This document shows positions 21,342-31,434 of a DNA stretch of 64,000 nucleotides, piece after piece. A model generated the notes under the pieces. It made no database searches and was not told where the DNA came from. It was given only the letters and a program-made list of their open reading frames with translations. This DNA is from an uncultured Gemmatimonadales bacterium. Lineage in GTDB: Bacteria > Gemmatimonadota > Gemmatimonadetes > Gemmatimonadales > GWC2-71-9. The DNA lies in contig CAVYSW010000010.1 in NCBI GenBank assembly GCA_963771275.1, forward strand, positions 384,001 through 448,000, written 5' to 3'. A program made the position numbers and the translations under genes. The stretch's first letter is position 1; the number at the start of each line of letters is the position of its first letter.

Positions 21342-22715
21342 GTGCAGGTTCCCACCGGGATCTTCCGAGAGTACGACATCCGCGGCGTCGTCGACGCGGA
21401 GCTGACGCCGGCCGTCGCGCACGCGATCGGCCGGGCCCTGGCCACCCACGCGCGCAGCCGGATCGGCCGCGCCCCGCGGCTCGCGGTGGGGCGCGACAAC
21501 CGCCCGTCGGGCGAGCGCCTGGCGAGCGCTGCGCGGGACGGCATCGCGCTGAGTGGCGGGACGGCGGTGGACGTCGGTCTGCTGCCGACCCCGGCGCTGT
21601 ACCTCGCGGTCCACGAGCTCGCGGTGGACGGCGGGCTCCAGGTTACCGGGTCGCACAACCCGCCGGAGTTCAACGGGTTCAAGATGCTGGCGGCCGGCGA
21701 GACGCTGCATGGGGAGGGCATTCAGGGGCTGCGCCAGTTGATCGAGACCGACGCCCTCGACAGCGGGGCCGGACGGCTCGAGACCGACACCTCCGTGCTG
21801 CGGCGCTACGCCGACGCGATCGTGTCGCGCAACGGCCCACTGGCGCGGCCCGTCAAGGTCGTGGTGGACTGCGGCAACGGCGTCGCGAGCGTCGCCGCGG
21901 TGCCGACGCTCTCCCGCCTCGGGGCCGACGTGATCGGTCTGTACTGCGAGTCGGACGGGACGTTCCCCAACCACCACCCCGATCCCACGGTGCCGGCGAA
22001 CCTGCGCGATCTCCAGGCCGCGGTGCGGCGCACCGGCGCGGAGCTGGGCATCGCGTTCGATGGCGACGGCGACCGGATCGGGGCGGTGGACGAGCAGGGC
22101 ACGATCGTCTTCGGCGACCAGCTGCTGATTCTGTTCGGGCGCGATCTCGTGCACCGCATGGGACCGGGCCTGCCGGTGATCTTCGACGTGAAGTGCTCGG
22201 ACGTGCTGCGCGACCAGCTGGCGGCCGCGGGGCTCACGCCCGTCATCTGGAAGACGGGCCACTCGCTGATCAAGGCCAAGATGAAGGAGACCGGCGCCCC
22301 GCTCGCCGGCGAGATGAGCGGTCACATCTTCTTCGGCGGCGACTACTTCGGCTTCGACGACGCGCTGTTCGCGGCCGCCCGGCTGCTCGCTTTCGTGGCG
22401 CGCGAGGGCGGCCCGCTGTCCCGCCACTACGCCGACGTGCCGCGCACGTTCGCGACCCCCGAGATCCGGATCGACTGCCCCGACGATCGCAAGTTCGCCG
22501 TCGTGGAGCGGGCGGCCGCGCAGTTCGGGACGCGGTACAAGACCCTCACCCTGGACGGCGTGCGCGTGAGCTTCGCGCACGGCTGGGGGCTGCTGCGCGC
22601 ATCGAACACGCAGCCCGTCCTCGTCATGCGGTTCGAGGCGACCTCGGAAGCCGAGCTCGCCCGCTACCGCGGCGAGGTCGAGGCCTGGCTCCGGGGTCAG
22701 GGCATCGCCTCGTAG
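21342..22715 (+). CDS. Phosphomannomutase/phosphoglucomutase
   Basis: IFREYDIRG, TGSHNPPEFNGFK, FDGDGDR, GEMSGH, RASNTQP. Confidence 0.95.
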   Translation: MQVPTGIFREYDIRGVVDAELTPAVAHAIGRALATHARSRIGRAPRLAVGRDNRPSGERLASAARDGIALSGGTAVDVGLLPTPALYLAVHELAVDGGLQVTGSHNPPEFNGFKMLAAGETLHGEGIQGLRQLIETDALDSGAGRLETDTSVLRRYADAIVSRNGPLARPVKVVVDCGNGVASVAAVPTLSRLGADVIGLYCESDGTFPNHHPDPTVPANLRDLQAAVRRTGAELGIAFDGDGDRIGAVDEQGTIVFGDQLLILFGRDLVHRMGPGLPVIFDVKCSDVLRDQLAAAGLTPVIWKTGHSLIKAKMKETGAPLAGEMSGHIFFGGDYFGFDDALFAAARLLAFVAREGGPLSRHYADVPRTFATPEIRIDCPDDRKFAVVERAAAQFGTRYKTLTLDGVRVSFAHGWGLLRASNTQPVLVMRFEATSEAELARYRGEVEAWLRGQGIAS

Positions 22716-22719
22716 CCCG

Positions 22720-25245
22720 ATGCCCAAACGCGGGCTCTGGCTCAAGCTCGTCCTCGGAGCGGCGCTCGCCGCGCTGTTCCTGGGCCGGTGGCTCGCCGTC
22801 GCCACGACCGGCCGTCTCTGGGCCGACGCCCTCGGCGTCGCCGAGCCGCATCGCGATATCGCGGCCCTCCGGCTCGCGCTCGACGCGGCCGGCTTCGTCC
22901 TCGCCGCGGCGTGGTGCATCGGCAATGTGTACCTCGTCTATCGCCAGATCGGCTCGGTGCAGGTGCCGCGCCGGCTCGGCAATCTCGAGATCGCCGAATC
23001 GGTGCCGCGCAAGTATCTGCTCGCCGGAGCGGTGGCGATCGGCGCGATCCTCGCGCTTGCCCTGAGCCACGACACCGGCGCGTGGTGGCTGCAGCGCGCG
23101 CTCGTCGAGTCGAAGCTGGTGGTGGGGATCCAGGACCCGGTGCTCAACCGTGACGTGAGTTTCTACCTCTTCCGGTTGCCGTGGTCCCGGGTCGTGCACG
23201 GCTACGTGCTGCTGCTGGTAGGGGTCGTGCTCGGTCTCGTGGCACTGCTCTACGGGGCGATCGGGGCGGTGCGGTGGGAAGAGCGCCGCGTCGTGTGCAC
23301 CGATTTGGCGCGCCGGCATCTCGCGGTGCTGCTCGCGGTGCTCGCCCTGGTGCTCGCGTGGGGATACCGGCTTGAGCCCGCCGAGCTCGTGGGCGGCCTG
23401 CACAACGTGAAGTACGATGCGGTCCTCACCGGCGTCCGCATTCCCGTGGCCCATGTGCTGGGCGCCCTGGCGGTGATCGTTGCGGTGGTGTCGCTGCTCT
23501 GGCTCGCCGTGGAGCGCGGCGGCCTGGTCGGTGCCGCGTGGCTGGCGTTGCTCCTCGTGTCGTTCCTGGGACACTACGTGCTGCCGGGCTTCGTCGGCGC
23601 GGCGCGCGGGTCCGAAGGACGACGCTCCCGGGAGCTCGAGACCTTCGCCACGCAGTTCCTGCGTCGGGCGTTCGCCCTGGGCGTCGATACCGTGCCCCTG
23701 CAGCTCGCCGTGCCCGACGACGCGTTCGTGGCCCGCCATGCCCCGGTGCTGGAGCGGGCCCCGGTGTGGGAGGAGTTCGCCGCGAGCCACGTCCTGCGCC
23801 TGGCGGACGGGCGGCCGGCCCCCGATCCCCGCAGCGCGGATGTCGTGTTCGAGACGAGCCTCGCGGCCTACCCCGGAGCGGGCGGGCGCGACGTGCCGGT
23901 CTTGCTCGGCGTCCGCGAGACGGATACCGCACGGGCGCGCGCGGTCGATCGGGACCTGAGCTGGGAACGGCGCCACGGCGAGCCGTTCGGCTCGGCGATC
24001 GGCGCCGTCGCGATCCAGGCAGCGGCCGCGACCGACGACGGGATGCCGCTCTACATTGCCCACCTCGACCACCCCGACTCGGCCGTCGCGCAGCCGACCG
24101 ACCTGGCGCTGCGCAACGACACCGTGTGGTTCGCGCCGGGATTCACCGACTTCGCGATCACGCCGCCCGATCATCTGGCGGGCATCGTGGCGGGGGGGCT
24201 GTGGCGTCGGCTGGCGCTCGCGTGGACCCTCCAGGCCCCCCGGCTGCTCACCTCCGCGGCCGTGGGGCGGGCAACAGTCGTGCTCGCCTACCGGGCGGTC
24301 GGCGCGCGCCTCGCCCGCTTCGCGCCGTTCGCCCGATTCGGCGCGGCCTACCCGGTGGTCGCCGGCGAACGACTGCTCTGGCTCGCGTCCGGCTACGTGT
24401 CGGCCGAGGCCTTCCCGCTGTCGCAGCGCATCACGTGGCGTGGCGACGACGTGCGCTACTTGCGTGCGGGCCTGCTCGGCCTGGTGGACGCCCACACCGG
24501 CGCCACGGAGCTGTTCCTGCTCCCCGACGCCGATCCGCTGAGCCGCGCCTGGGCCGCCCTGCTGCCCGGTCTGGTCCAGCGGGCGAGCGCGATTCCGCCC
24601 GCCGTGCTGCGCCACGTCCGCTACCCGCACGAGCAGTTCATCAAGCAGGTGGCGCTGCTCCGCGCCGAGGCGGGCCGTGCGCGCCCCGCGGAGCCGTTCT
24701 GGTGGGTCGGCCCGGCCCCGGGCGACAGCGCGGTGCGACTCCGCCTCCGGGCCGTGGACGAGGTGCTGCGCGAGCCGCGCGTCGCGGCCGTCATCGAAGG
24801 CACCATGCGCCAGGGCGTTCAGCGGCTCACGGCGCTGGCATACCCGCAGCCGTACGTGCTGCCCGGTCCGTCGGAGCTGGCACGCGAGTTCCGCAGCGAG
24901 CCGACGCGGGACAGCGTGATCGAAGGGACCGTGCGCCTGGTCCCCTTCGCCGATGGGGCAGTGGCGCTCCAGGCGTTCTACGCCGACTCGGGAGCCCTGG
25001 TGGGGGTCGCGCTGGGGTGGCGCGGAGCGGTCGGGCGGGGCCGCTCTCTCGCGGAGGCCGTTGGACGTGTTCAGCCGGTTGCGCCGCCGGTCGCGCCGGC
25101 TGGGGCCGCGGACGCGCTGGCGGCGGCGCGCGCGGCGTTCCGTCGGCTGGATTCGGCCCGCGCGGCGGGCGACTGGAAGGCGTTCGGCGACGCGTGGGAG
25201 AGCCTCCAGCGCGCGCTCGCGGGGAACCGTGACTCGAACCCCTGA
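22720..25245 (+). CDS. UPF0182-like integral membrane protein
   Basis: Multi-TM N-terminus. Motifs DPVLNRDVSFYLFRLP, GLVDAHTGATELF...DPLSRAW, LRHVRYP, and C-terminal GDWKAFGDAWESL. Confidence 0.8.
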   Translation: MPKRGLWLKLVLGAALAALFLGRWLAVATTGRLWADALGVAEPHRDIAALRLALDAAGFVLAAAWCIGNVYLVYRQIGSVQVPRRLGNLEIAESVPRKYLLAGAVAIGAILALALSHDTGAWWLQRALVESKLVVGIQDPVLNRDVSFYLFRLPWSRVVHGYVLLLVGVVLGLVALLYGAIGAVRWEERRVVCTDLARRHLAVLLAVLALVLAWGYRLEPAELVGGLHNVKYDAVLTGVRIPVAHVLGALAVIVAVVSLLWLAVERGGLVGAAWLALLLVSFLGHYVLPGFVGAARGSEGRRSRELETFATQFLRRAFALGVDTVPLQLAVPDDAFVARHAPVLERAPVWEEFAASHVLRLADGRPAPDPRSADVVFETSLAAYPGAGGRDVPVLLGVRETDTARARAVDRDLSWERRHGEPFGSAIGAVAIQAAAATDDGMPLYIAHLDHPDSAVAQPTDLALRNDTVWFAPGFTDFAITPPDHLAGIVAGGLWRRLALAWTLQAPRLLTSAAVGRATVVLAYRAVGARLARFAPFARFGAAYPVVAGERLLWLASGYVSAEAFPLSQRITWRGDDVRYLRAGLLGLVDAHTGATELFLLPDADPLSRAWAALLPGLVQRASAIPPAVLRHVRYPHEQFIKQVALLRAEAGRARPAEPFWWVGPAPGDSAVRLRLRAVDEVLREPRVAAVIEGTMRQGVQRLTALAYPQPYVLPGPSELAREFRSEPTRDSVIEGTVRLVPFADGAVALQAFYADSGALVGVALGWRGAVGRGRSLAEAVGRVQPVAPPVAPAGAADALAAARAAFRRLDSARAAGDWKAFGDAWESLQRALAGNRDSNP

Positions 25246-25276
25246 GGGTCCCGCTCGGCGGGAGGAGCCGGATCGC

Positions 25277-26227
25277 GTGCACGCTCCCGGAACGGTCGTC
25301 GTGGCGCTCGGCGGCAACGCCCTGCAGCCGCCGGGCGAGCGTGTCACCATCGCCGACCAGTTCCGTCACACCCGGGAGTCCATGGCCGCGGTCGTCGAGT
25401 TGGCGCGTGCCGGATGGCGCATCGCCATCGTGCACGGCAACGGACCGCAGGTCGGCGACGAGCTCGAGCGCAACGAGCTCGCCTACGATCGCGTGGAGCC
25501 GCTCCCGCTTGGCGTGCTGGTGTCCGCAACCGCGGGCTGGATCGGCTATATGATCCAGCAGTCGCTGCAGAACGCGTTGGACCACGCCGGCGTGGCGCGT
25601 CAGGTGCTGACCACGATCACGCAGACCCTGGTGGCGATCGGGCCGGAGGGGCTCGTGCCCACGAAGCCGATCGGGCACGCGCTGAGCGACGCGGAAGTGG
25701 CACGCTACCGTGCCCGCGGCATCCCGCTCGGCCGGGACGGCGCGGGCCGATGGCGCCGTCTAGCGCCGAGTCCGCTGCCGGTGGACGTGGCCGAATGGCA
25801 CGCGGTGCGGCAGCTGGTGGATGAGGGCAAGATCGTGATCGCCGCCGGAGGCGGCGGGTCGCCGGTCTACCGCCACCCGAGTCTGGGCTGGGAGGGTGTC
25901 GAGGCGGTGGTGGACAAGGACCGCACCGCCGCGATCCTCGGAGTGCGACTGGACGCCGACACGCTGATGAGCCTCACCGACGTGGACGCGGTCTATGAAG
26001 GCTGGGGGACCCCGCAGCAGCGGGCGCTTCGCACCCTGTCGCTCCGGCAGGCGGAGGCGTTGCTCGCGGGCGGGGGGCTGGGGGCCGGGAGCATGCGGCC
26101 CAAGGTCGAAGCCGCCGTGGCGTTCGTGCGCGGTGGCGGGCGGCGTGCGGTGATCGCCCACCTCGGCGACGGGGCGGCGGCGCTGCGCGGCCAGACGGGA
26201 ACCACCATCACGGGAGACGACGCGTGA
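25277..26227 (+). CDS. arcC: Carbamate kinase
   Basis: VVALGGNAL, HGNGPQVG, AAGGGGSPV, GVEAVVDKD, GSMRPKVEAA. GGAGGAG SD before GTG 25277. Confidence 0.92.
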   Translation: MHAPGTVVVALGGNALQPPGERVTIADQFRHTRESMAAVVELARAGWRIAIVHGNGPQVGDELERNELAYDRVEPLPLGVLVSATAGWIGYMIQQSLQNALDHAGVARQVLTTITQTLVAIGPEGLVPTKPIGHALSDAEVARYRARGIPLGRDGAGRWRRLAPSPLPVDVAEWHAVRQLVDEGKIVIAAGGGGSPVYRHPSLGWEGVEAVVDKDRTAAILGVRLDADTLMSLTDVDAVYEGWGTPQQRALRTLSLRQAEALLAGGGLGAGSMRPKVEAAVAFVRGGGRRAVIAHLGDGAAALRGQTGTTITGDDA

Positions 26228-27363
26228 ATCTGCACGAATATCAGGCGCGCGCCCTGCTCAAGGCGGCCGGGATACCGGTGCCGGACGGGGACGTCGCGAC
26301 AACGCCCGCCGAAGTCGAGGCGATCGCCCGCCGCATTGGCGGCAGGGTCGTGGTGAAGGCCCAAGTCCACGCCGGCGGCCGGGGCAAGGCCGGCGGCGTC
26401 AAGCTCGCGGCCACGCCCGCCGAGGCGCGGGCCCACGCCGGGAAGATCCTCGGCATGACGATCAAGGGACTGACGGTCCACAAGGTGCTCGTCGTGCCGG
26501 CCGCCGACATCGCCAGCGAGAGCTATGTCGGGGTGATCGTGGACCGCGCCCGTCAGCGCCCTGTGTTCATGGTCAGCCCGGCGGGCGGGATCGACATCGA
26601 GGAGGTCGCGGCCAAGACGCCCGAGAAGATCATGAAGCTCGCGGTGGATCCGCGCTACGGCCTGCTGCCGCACCAGGCGATGCGCCTGGCGTTCTTCCTG
26701 TTCAAGGATCTCGGCCAGGTGCGGTCCGCGGCGGCGATCATGCAGCGGCTCTACACGGCGTTCCTCCAGGCCGGCGGCTCGCTGGCGGAGATCAACCCCC
26801 TGGTCACGACACCGGACGGCCAGGTCGTGGCGCTCGACGCCAAGATCGCGGTGGACGACAATGAGCTCGAGCGGCGCGAGAGCATCGCGGCGCTGCGCGA
26901 CGCCACCGCCGAGAATCCGGCCGAGGTGAAAGCGCGGGAGGCGAACCTCTCGTACATCAAGCTCGACGGCGCGGTGGGCTGCTGCGTCAACGGAGCCGGC
27001 CTCGCCATGGCCACGATGGACCTCGTCAAGTTCTACGGCGGCGAGCCGGCGAACTTCCTGGATATCGGCGGGAGCAGTAACCCCGAGAAGGTGGTCGCGG
27101 CGCTCGAGATCATCACCAGCGATCCGAGCGTGAAGTGCATCCTGTTCAATATCTTCGGCGGCATCACCCGGTGCGACGACGTGGCGAACGGCATTGTGGC
27201 GGCCACGTCGCGCGCCAAGCTCAAAGTGCCGATCGTCATTCGACTGACCGGCACCAACGAGCAGCTGGGGGTGGACATCCTGAAGCGGGCGGGCTTCGCG
27301 GCGCTGACCGACATGGACGAGGCGGTCAAGCGGGCCGTGCAGCTGGCGGGGAGGGCGGCATGA
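26224..27363 (+). CDS. sucC: Succinyl-CoA synthetase beta subunit
   Basis: [45 protein letters not shown]. Confidence 0.97.
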   Translation: MNLHEYQARALLKAAGIPVPDGDVATTPAEVEAIARRIGGRVVVKAQVHAGGRGKAGGVKLAATPAEARAHAGKILGMTIKGLTVHKVLVVPAADIASESYVGVIVDRARQRPVFMVSPAGGIDIEEVAAKTPEKIMKLAVDPRYGLLPHQAMRLAFFLFKDLGQVRSAAAIMQRLYTAFLQAGGSLAEINPLVTTPDGQVVALDAKIAVDDNELERRESIAALRDATAENPAEVKAREANLSYIKLDGAVGCCVNGAGLAMATMDLVKFYGGEPANFLDIGGSSNPEKVVAALEIITSDPSVKCILFNIFGGITRCDDVANGIVAATSRAKLKVPIVIRLTGTNEQLGVDILKRAGFAALTDMDEAVKRAVQLAGRAA

Positions 27364-28238
27364 GCATCTTCATCGGGCACGACACCAGGCTCGTGGTGCA
27401 GGGCGTCACCGGCCGCGACGGATCGTTCCACACCAAGCAGATGATGGAGTACGGCACCCAGGTCGCGGCGGGCGTGACACCGGGGAAGGGAGGCCAGCTC
27501 TTCGAGCGGAAGGTCCCGATCTTCAACACCGTCGCGGAGGCGGTGCAGGGTACGGCGGCGAACACCGCGGTGATCTATGTGCCCTCGCGCTTCGCCGCGG
27601 ACGCGATCTACGAGGCGGCTGACGCCGGTGTCCGCATGGTGGTGTGCATCACCGAGGGCGTGCCGGTCCTCGACATGACCCGCGTCCTACCGTATCTCAC
27701 GGAGCGGGGCACACGGCTGATCGGCCCCAACTGTCCGGGCGTCATCTCCCCCGGACGGGCAAAAGTGGGCATCATTCCCGGAGGGATCTGCCGGGAAGGC
27801 CGGGTCGGCGTGGTGTCGCGGAGCGGAACGCTGACGTATGAGATCATCCACCAGCTCTCGCAGGCGGGGCTCGGGCAGTCGACCTGCATCGGGATCGGAG
27901 GCGACCCCATCATCGGGACCAACTTCATCGACTGCCTCGCGGCCTTCGAGGCCGATCCCGACACGAGCGCGATCGTGATGATCGGCGAGATCGGCGGGAC
28001 GGACGAGCAGCAGGCGGCCGAATACGCGCGGGAGCGGGTGCGCAAGCCGATCGTCGGGTTCATTGCCGGCCAGACGGCGCCCCCCGGACGGCGCATGGGG
28101 CACGCCGGCGCCATCATCTCGGGGGCCAGCGGCACGGCGGCGGAGAAGATCGCCGCGTTCGCGCGCGCCGGCATTGGCGTGATGAAGCGGCCGGCCGACG
28201 TGGTGCCGCTGCTCGCGGAACGGCGTATCACCGCGTGA
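27360..28238 (+). CDS. sucD: Succinyl-CoA synthetase alpha subunit
   Basis: [31 protein letters not shown]. Confidence 0.97.
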   Translation: MSIFIGHDTRLVVQGVTGRDGSFHTKQMMEYGTQVAAGVTPGKGGQLFERKVPIFNTVAEAVQGTAANTAVIYVPSRFAADAIYEAADAGVRMVVCITEGVPVLDMTRVLPYLTERGTRLIGPNCPGVISPGRAKVGIIPGGICREGRVGVVSRSGTLTYEIIHQLSQAGLGQSTCIGIGGDPIIGTNFIDCLAAFEADPDTSAIVMIGEIGGTDEQQAAEYARERVRKPIVGFIAGQTAPPGRRMGHAGAIISGASGTAAEKIAAFARAGIGVMKRPADVVPLLAERRITA

Positions 28239-29143
28239 AGCTCTCCGAGCTCCTCTCCGCCGACCGCATCGTGCTCGCCGTGCCCGGCGACACGGTGCGG
28301 GACGTCGCCCGTCCGTTGGTGCATGCGGCCATCGCGTCGGGACGCGCGCTCGATCCCGAGCGGCTGGAGGAGTTGTTGGCGGAGGCGCTGCCCGGCGAGG
28401 CCGTCACCGTCGGGCAGCAGGCGTTCCTGCTGCACTTCCGTACCGAGGCCGTGGAAGGCGTCACCGCGGTGCTGGGCGTGACGAGCCGGCCGGTCCATCG
28501 TGTGCACGATCCGGGCAAGGAAGCGCGCATCGTGCTGCTGCTGCTCGCCCCTCCGGGGGAGGGGTCGGCCTACCTGCGCGCGCTCGCCGCCTTCGCGCGG
28601 GCGCTCGCGCGGGAAGACATCATCGCGATGCTGGAGCGCGCGGCGACGCCGGACGAGGTGCTGGCGTCGCCGTTGCTGGCGGAGGTGGAGGTCCCGGCGG
28701 AGCTCCTCGTGCGGGACGTGCTGGTCGGCCGGCTGGTGACGGTCCAGCCTGATGCGCCGCTCACGGAGGCGGCCCGCCTCCTGGTGGCGCACGGCGTGCC
28801 GGCGGCCCCGGTGGTCTCGGAGAAGAACGAAGTGCTCGGGGTGATCAGCCACGGGGAGATTCTGCGCTACCTGTTGCCGCGCTACGCCGGCAAGCTGAGC
28901 GGTGAATACCCGGCCGCCGGAGCGCGGCCGACGGGCCGGCTGTCCGTCATACAGGCGCGGGAAGTCACGGTCCGAGAGGCGATGGACCGGAGCGTCCTCT
29001 GCCTCTCGGACGATCAGCTGTTGGCCGACGCGGCGGCGCTCATGGTGAACAAGAACCTCGAACGGGTCCCGGTGGTGCGGGACGGCGCGCTGGTCGGGCT
29101 GCTGACGCGCGACGACATCGTGCGTCGCCTGTTCGGGCCGTAA
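28235..29143 (+). CDS. PTS EIIA(Ntr/Fru)-like domain fused to a CBS pair
   Basis: N-terminal [12 protein letters not shown]...FLLHFRT...IVLLLLAPP...[10 protein letters not shown]. The C-terminus has two CBS repeats ([15 protein letters not shown] and [17 protein letters not shown]). Confidence 0.8.
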   Translation: MKLSELLSADRIVLAVPGDTVRDVARPLVHAAIASGRALDPERLEELLAEALPGEAVTVGQQAFLLHFRTEAVEGVTAVLGVTSRPVHRVHDPGKEARIVLLLLAPPGEGSAYLRALAAFARALAREDIIAMLERAATPDEVLASPLLAEVEVPAELLVRDVLVGRLVTVQPDAPLTEAARLLVAHGVPAAPVVSEKNEVLGVISHGEILRYLLPRYAGKLSGEYPAAGARPTGRLSVIQAREVTVREAMDRSVLCLSDDQLLADAAALMVNKNLERVPVVRDGALVGLLTRDDIVRRLFGP

Positions 29144-29261
29144 CGGCGGTAGGAGCGGCAGAAGGCGCCGGAGGAGCAGGGGAGCGCGCGCGCGCCGGTG
29201 GGCTTCACCCGCCGGCGGCACGGGCGCGGGGGACCCACAAGTCGGGGGACGGAACTCGAGC

Positions 29262-29702
29262 ATGACGCAGACACTCGCCATCATCAAGCCCGATGCCGTG
29301 GCCCGCGGCAAGACCGGGGGCATTCTGGCACACCTGGAGGCGGCGGGCTTCGCGATTCGGGCGATGCGGATGGTCCGCCTTCGCTGGGCCGAGGCCGAGG
29401 CGTTCTACGCCGTGCATCGGGGCCGCCCGTTCTACGGCTCCCTCTGCGCGTTCATGACGTCGGGGCCCTGCCTGCCGGTGGTGCTGGAACGGGTTGATGC
29501 GGTTCCCCAGCTCCGCCAAATGATTGGCGCGACCGATCCGACCGAGGCGGCGCCGGGAACGGTGCGGCGCCTCTATGCCGAGAACAAGGAGCGGAACGCC
29601 ATCCACGCGTCGGATTCGGACGAGAACGCGGCGCGGGAGATCGCATTCTTCTTTCCGGAAGCCGAGCTGACGGGACTGTGGGGTCCGGACCGGGCAAGTT
29701 GA
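29262..29702 (+). CDS. ndk: Nucleoside diphosphate kinase
   Basis: TLAIIKPDAV, FMTSGP, RNAIHASDS. Confidence 0.97.
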   Translation: MTQTLAIIKPDAVARGKTGGILAHLEAAGFAIRAMRMVRLRWAEAEAFYAVHRGRPFYGSLCAFMTSGPCLPVVLERVDAVPQLRQMIGATDPTEAAPGTVRRLYAENKERNAIHASDSDENAAREIAFFFPEAELTGLWGPDRAS

Positions 29703-29727
29703 CCCAAGTCGCTGCGAACCATATGAT
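29699..29727 (+). promoter_or_regulatory. sigma70-type promoter for yceD-rpmF-plsX-fab
   Basis: TTGACC, a 17-nt spacer, then TATGAT. The ATG is only 8 nt further on and has no SD. Confidence 0.6.
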
Positions 29728-29735
29728 TACCGGCT

Positions 29736-30251
29736 ATGTTACGAGTGGACTTGCGCGACCTTGCGGCGGGCCCGCTCGAGACGGATGCCGTCGTCCAGCC
29801 GGACGATCCGGGGCTCGCCGACCTCGAGTTCACGCCAATTGAGCCGGTGCGCGTTTCGGGCCGCATCATGGCGAGCGGCCCGGGCTCGTTCTATTGGGAG
29901 GGGCGGCTCGAAACCCGGGTTCGCGTCGCCTGCCGCCGCTGCCTCGTGCCGGTGGATGCCGTGATCGACGAGACCGTCGACCTCCTGTTCACCGAGGACC
30001 AGGGAGCCGACGACCCGTCGGTGGTGGTCATCCCGCCGCGGACGGCGGAGCTGGACCTGGGCGACGCCATCCGCGGGGAGCTGATCCTCGCGGCGCCGGA
30101 GTTCGTGTTGTGCCGGGAGGACTGCCGCGGGATCTGCCCGCGGTGTGGAACGGATCTTAACGTGGAGCCCTGCCGGTGCCCGTCCGAGCGCGACCCCCGC
30201 TGGGCGACGCTCGAGGTGCCGGAACCGCGGGCTGACGACGAAACGAGGTAG
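29736..30251 (+). CDS. yceD: DUF177/YceD family protein
   Basis: [23 protein letters not shown]...DPRWA. Canonical position upstream of rpmF. Confidence 0.92.
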   Translation: MLRVDLRDLAAGPLETDAVVQPDDPGLADLEFTPIEPVRVSGRIMASGPGSFYWEGRLETRVRVACRRCLVPVDAVIDETVDLLFTEDQGADDPSVVVIPPRTAELDLGDAIRGELILAAPEFVLCREDCRGICPRCGTDLNVEPCRCPSERDPRWATLEVPEPRADDETR

Positions 30252-30253
30252 TC

Positions 30254-30439
30254 ATGGCGGTACCGAAGCGCAGGACCTCCAAGAGCCGGAAGCGCAAGCG
30301 CCGCACGCACTACAAGGCCGCCCCGGTGGCGTTGCAGCCGTGTCCGCGCTGTGGTGACCCGAAGCGGCCCCACCGCGTGTGTCCGACGTGTGGTTATTAC
30401 GCGGGGAAGAAGCGGGTCCAGGTCGCCGAGGAAGCCTGA
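30254..30439 (+). CDS. rpmF: 50S ribosomal protein L32 (Zn-binding form)
   Basis: [21 protein letters not shown]...[10 protein letters not shown]. Confidence 0.97.
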   Translation: MAVPKRRTSKSRKRKRRTHYKAAPVALQPCPRCGDPKRPHRVCPTCGYYAGKKRVQVAEEA

Positions 30440-30444
30440 TCGCC

Positions 30445-31434
30445 GTGCGGATCGCGCTCGACGCCATGGGTGGGGACTTCGCCCCTGGGGCTCCGGTGGG
30501 CGGGGCGCTCGAGGCGTTGGGCGGACTCCCCGAGTCCGCCGAGATCCTGCTGGTCGGCCGGGCGCCGGAGATCAACGCGGAACTCGCCAAGGCGGGCGGG
30601 ACGCCCGAGCGGATTCGGGTGGTGGACGCGCCCGAGGTGATCGGGATGGCCGAGAAGCCGCTGGCGGCGGTGCGGGGCAAGCCGCAATCGTCGATCGGGG
30701 TTGGCTTGAGACTGCAGCGCGAAGGCAAGGTCCACGCGTTCATCTCGGCTGGCAACACCGGAGCCGTGATGGCGGCGAGCGCCCTGATTCTCGGGCTCCA
30801 TCCCGGTGTCGAGCGTCCGGCCATCGGCGCCCTGTTTCCCACGGCGTCGAAGCCGGTGCTGGTGCTCGACGTCGGCGCCAATGTGGACTCGAGCGCCCGC
30901 GAGCTGCGCGGCTTCGCCCACCTCGGGGCCGTGTACGCGCGCGACGTTCTGGGGCGGAGCGAGCCCGCCGTCGCGTTGCTCAGCATCGGGGAGGAGGCGG
31001 AAAAGGGGAACGCCACCGTCCGCGAAGCCCACACGTTGCTGCGGGCCGAGGCGCATGCGTTCCGCTTCGTCGGCAACGTCGAGGGCCGCGACGTCGTGCG
31101 GGGCGACGTCGACGTCGTGGTGTGTGACGGCTTCATCGGCAACGTCGTCCTCAAGTTCTACGAGTCGGTCGCCCACCTGTTCACCGGGCTGCTGCGGCAC
31201 GAGATGGCCGCGGCGGTTCTGGAGAGCGAGGGCATGCGGCGCGTTTCGGCCGTGCTCGACTACTCGACGTATGGGGGCGCTCCGCTGCTCGGGGTGCGCG
31301 GCGTTTCGGTCATCTGTCACGGCCGATCCTCCGCCCGCGCGATCAAGAACGCCATCTCGGTGGCCGCACGCGCCGTGGGCCGCGACCTCAGTGCGCACAT
31401 CGGGGCGGACATGGCGGACGGAACGGCTGCGTGA
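30445..31434 (+). CDS. plsX: Phosphate acyltransferase
   Basis: IALDAMGGDFAP, SAGNTGA, LDVGANVD, VVCDGFIGN, YGGAPLLG, ICHGRS. Confidence 0.96.
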   Translation: MRIALDAMGGDFAPGAPVGGALEALGGLPESAEILLVGRAPEINAELAKAGGTPERIRVVDAPEVIGMAEKPLAAVRGKPQSSIGVGLRLQREGKVHAFISAGNTGAVMAASALILGLHPGVERPAIGALFPTASKPVLVLDVGANVDSSARELRGFAHLGAVYARDVLGRSEPAVALLSIGEEAEKGNATVREAHTLLRAEAHAFRFVGNVEGRDVVRGDVDVVVCDGFIGNVVLKFYESVAHLFTGLLRHEMAAAVLESEGMRRVSAVLDYSTYGGAPLLGVRGVSVICHGRSSARAIKNAISVAARAVGRDLSAHIGADMADGTAA

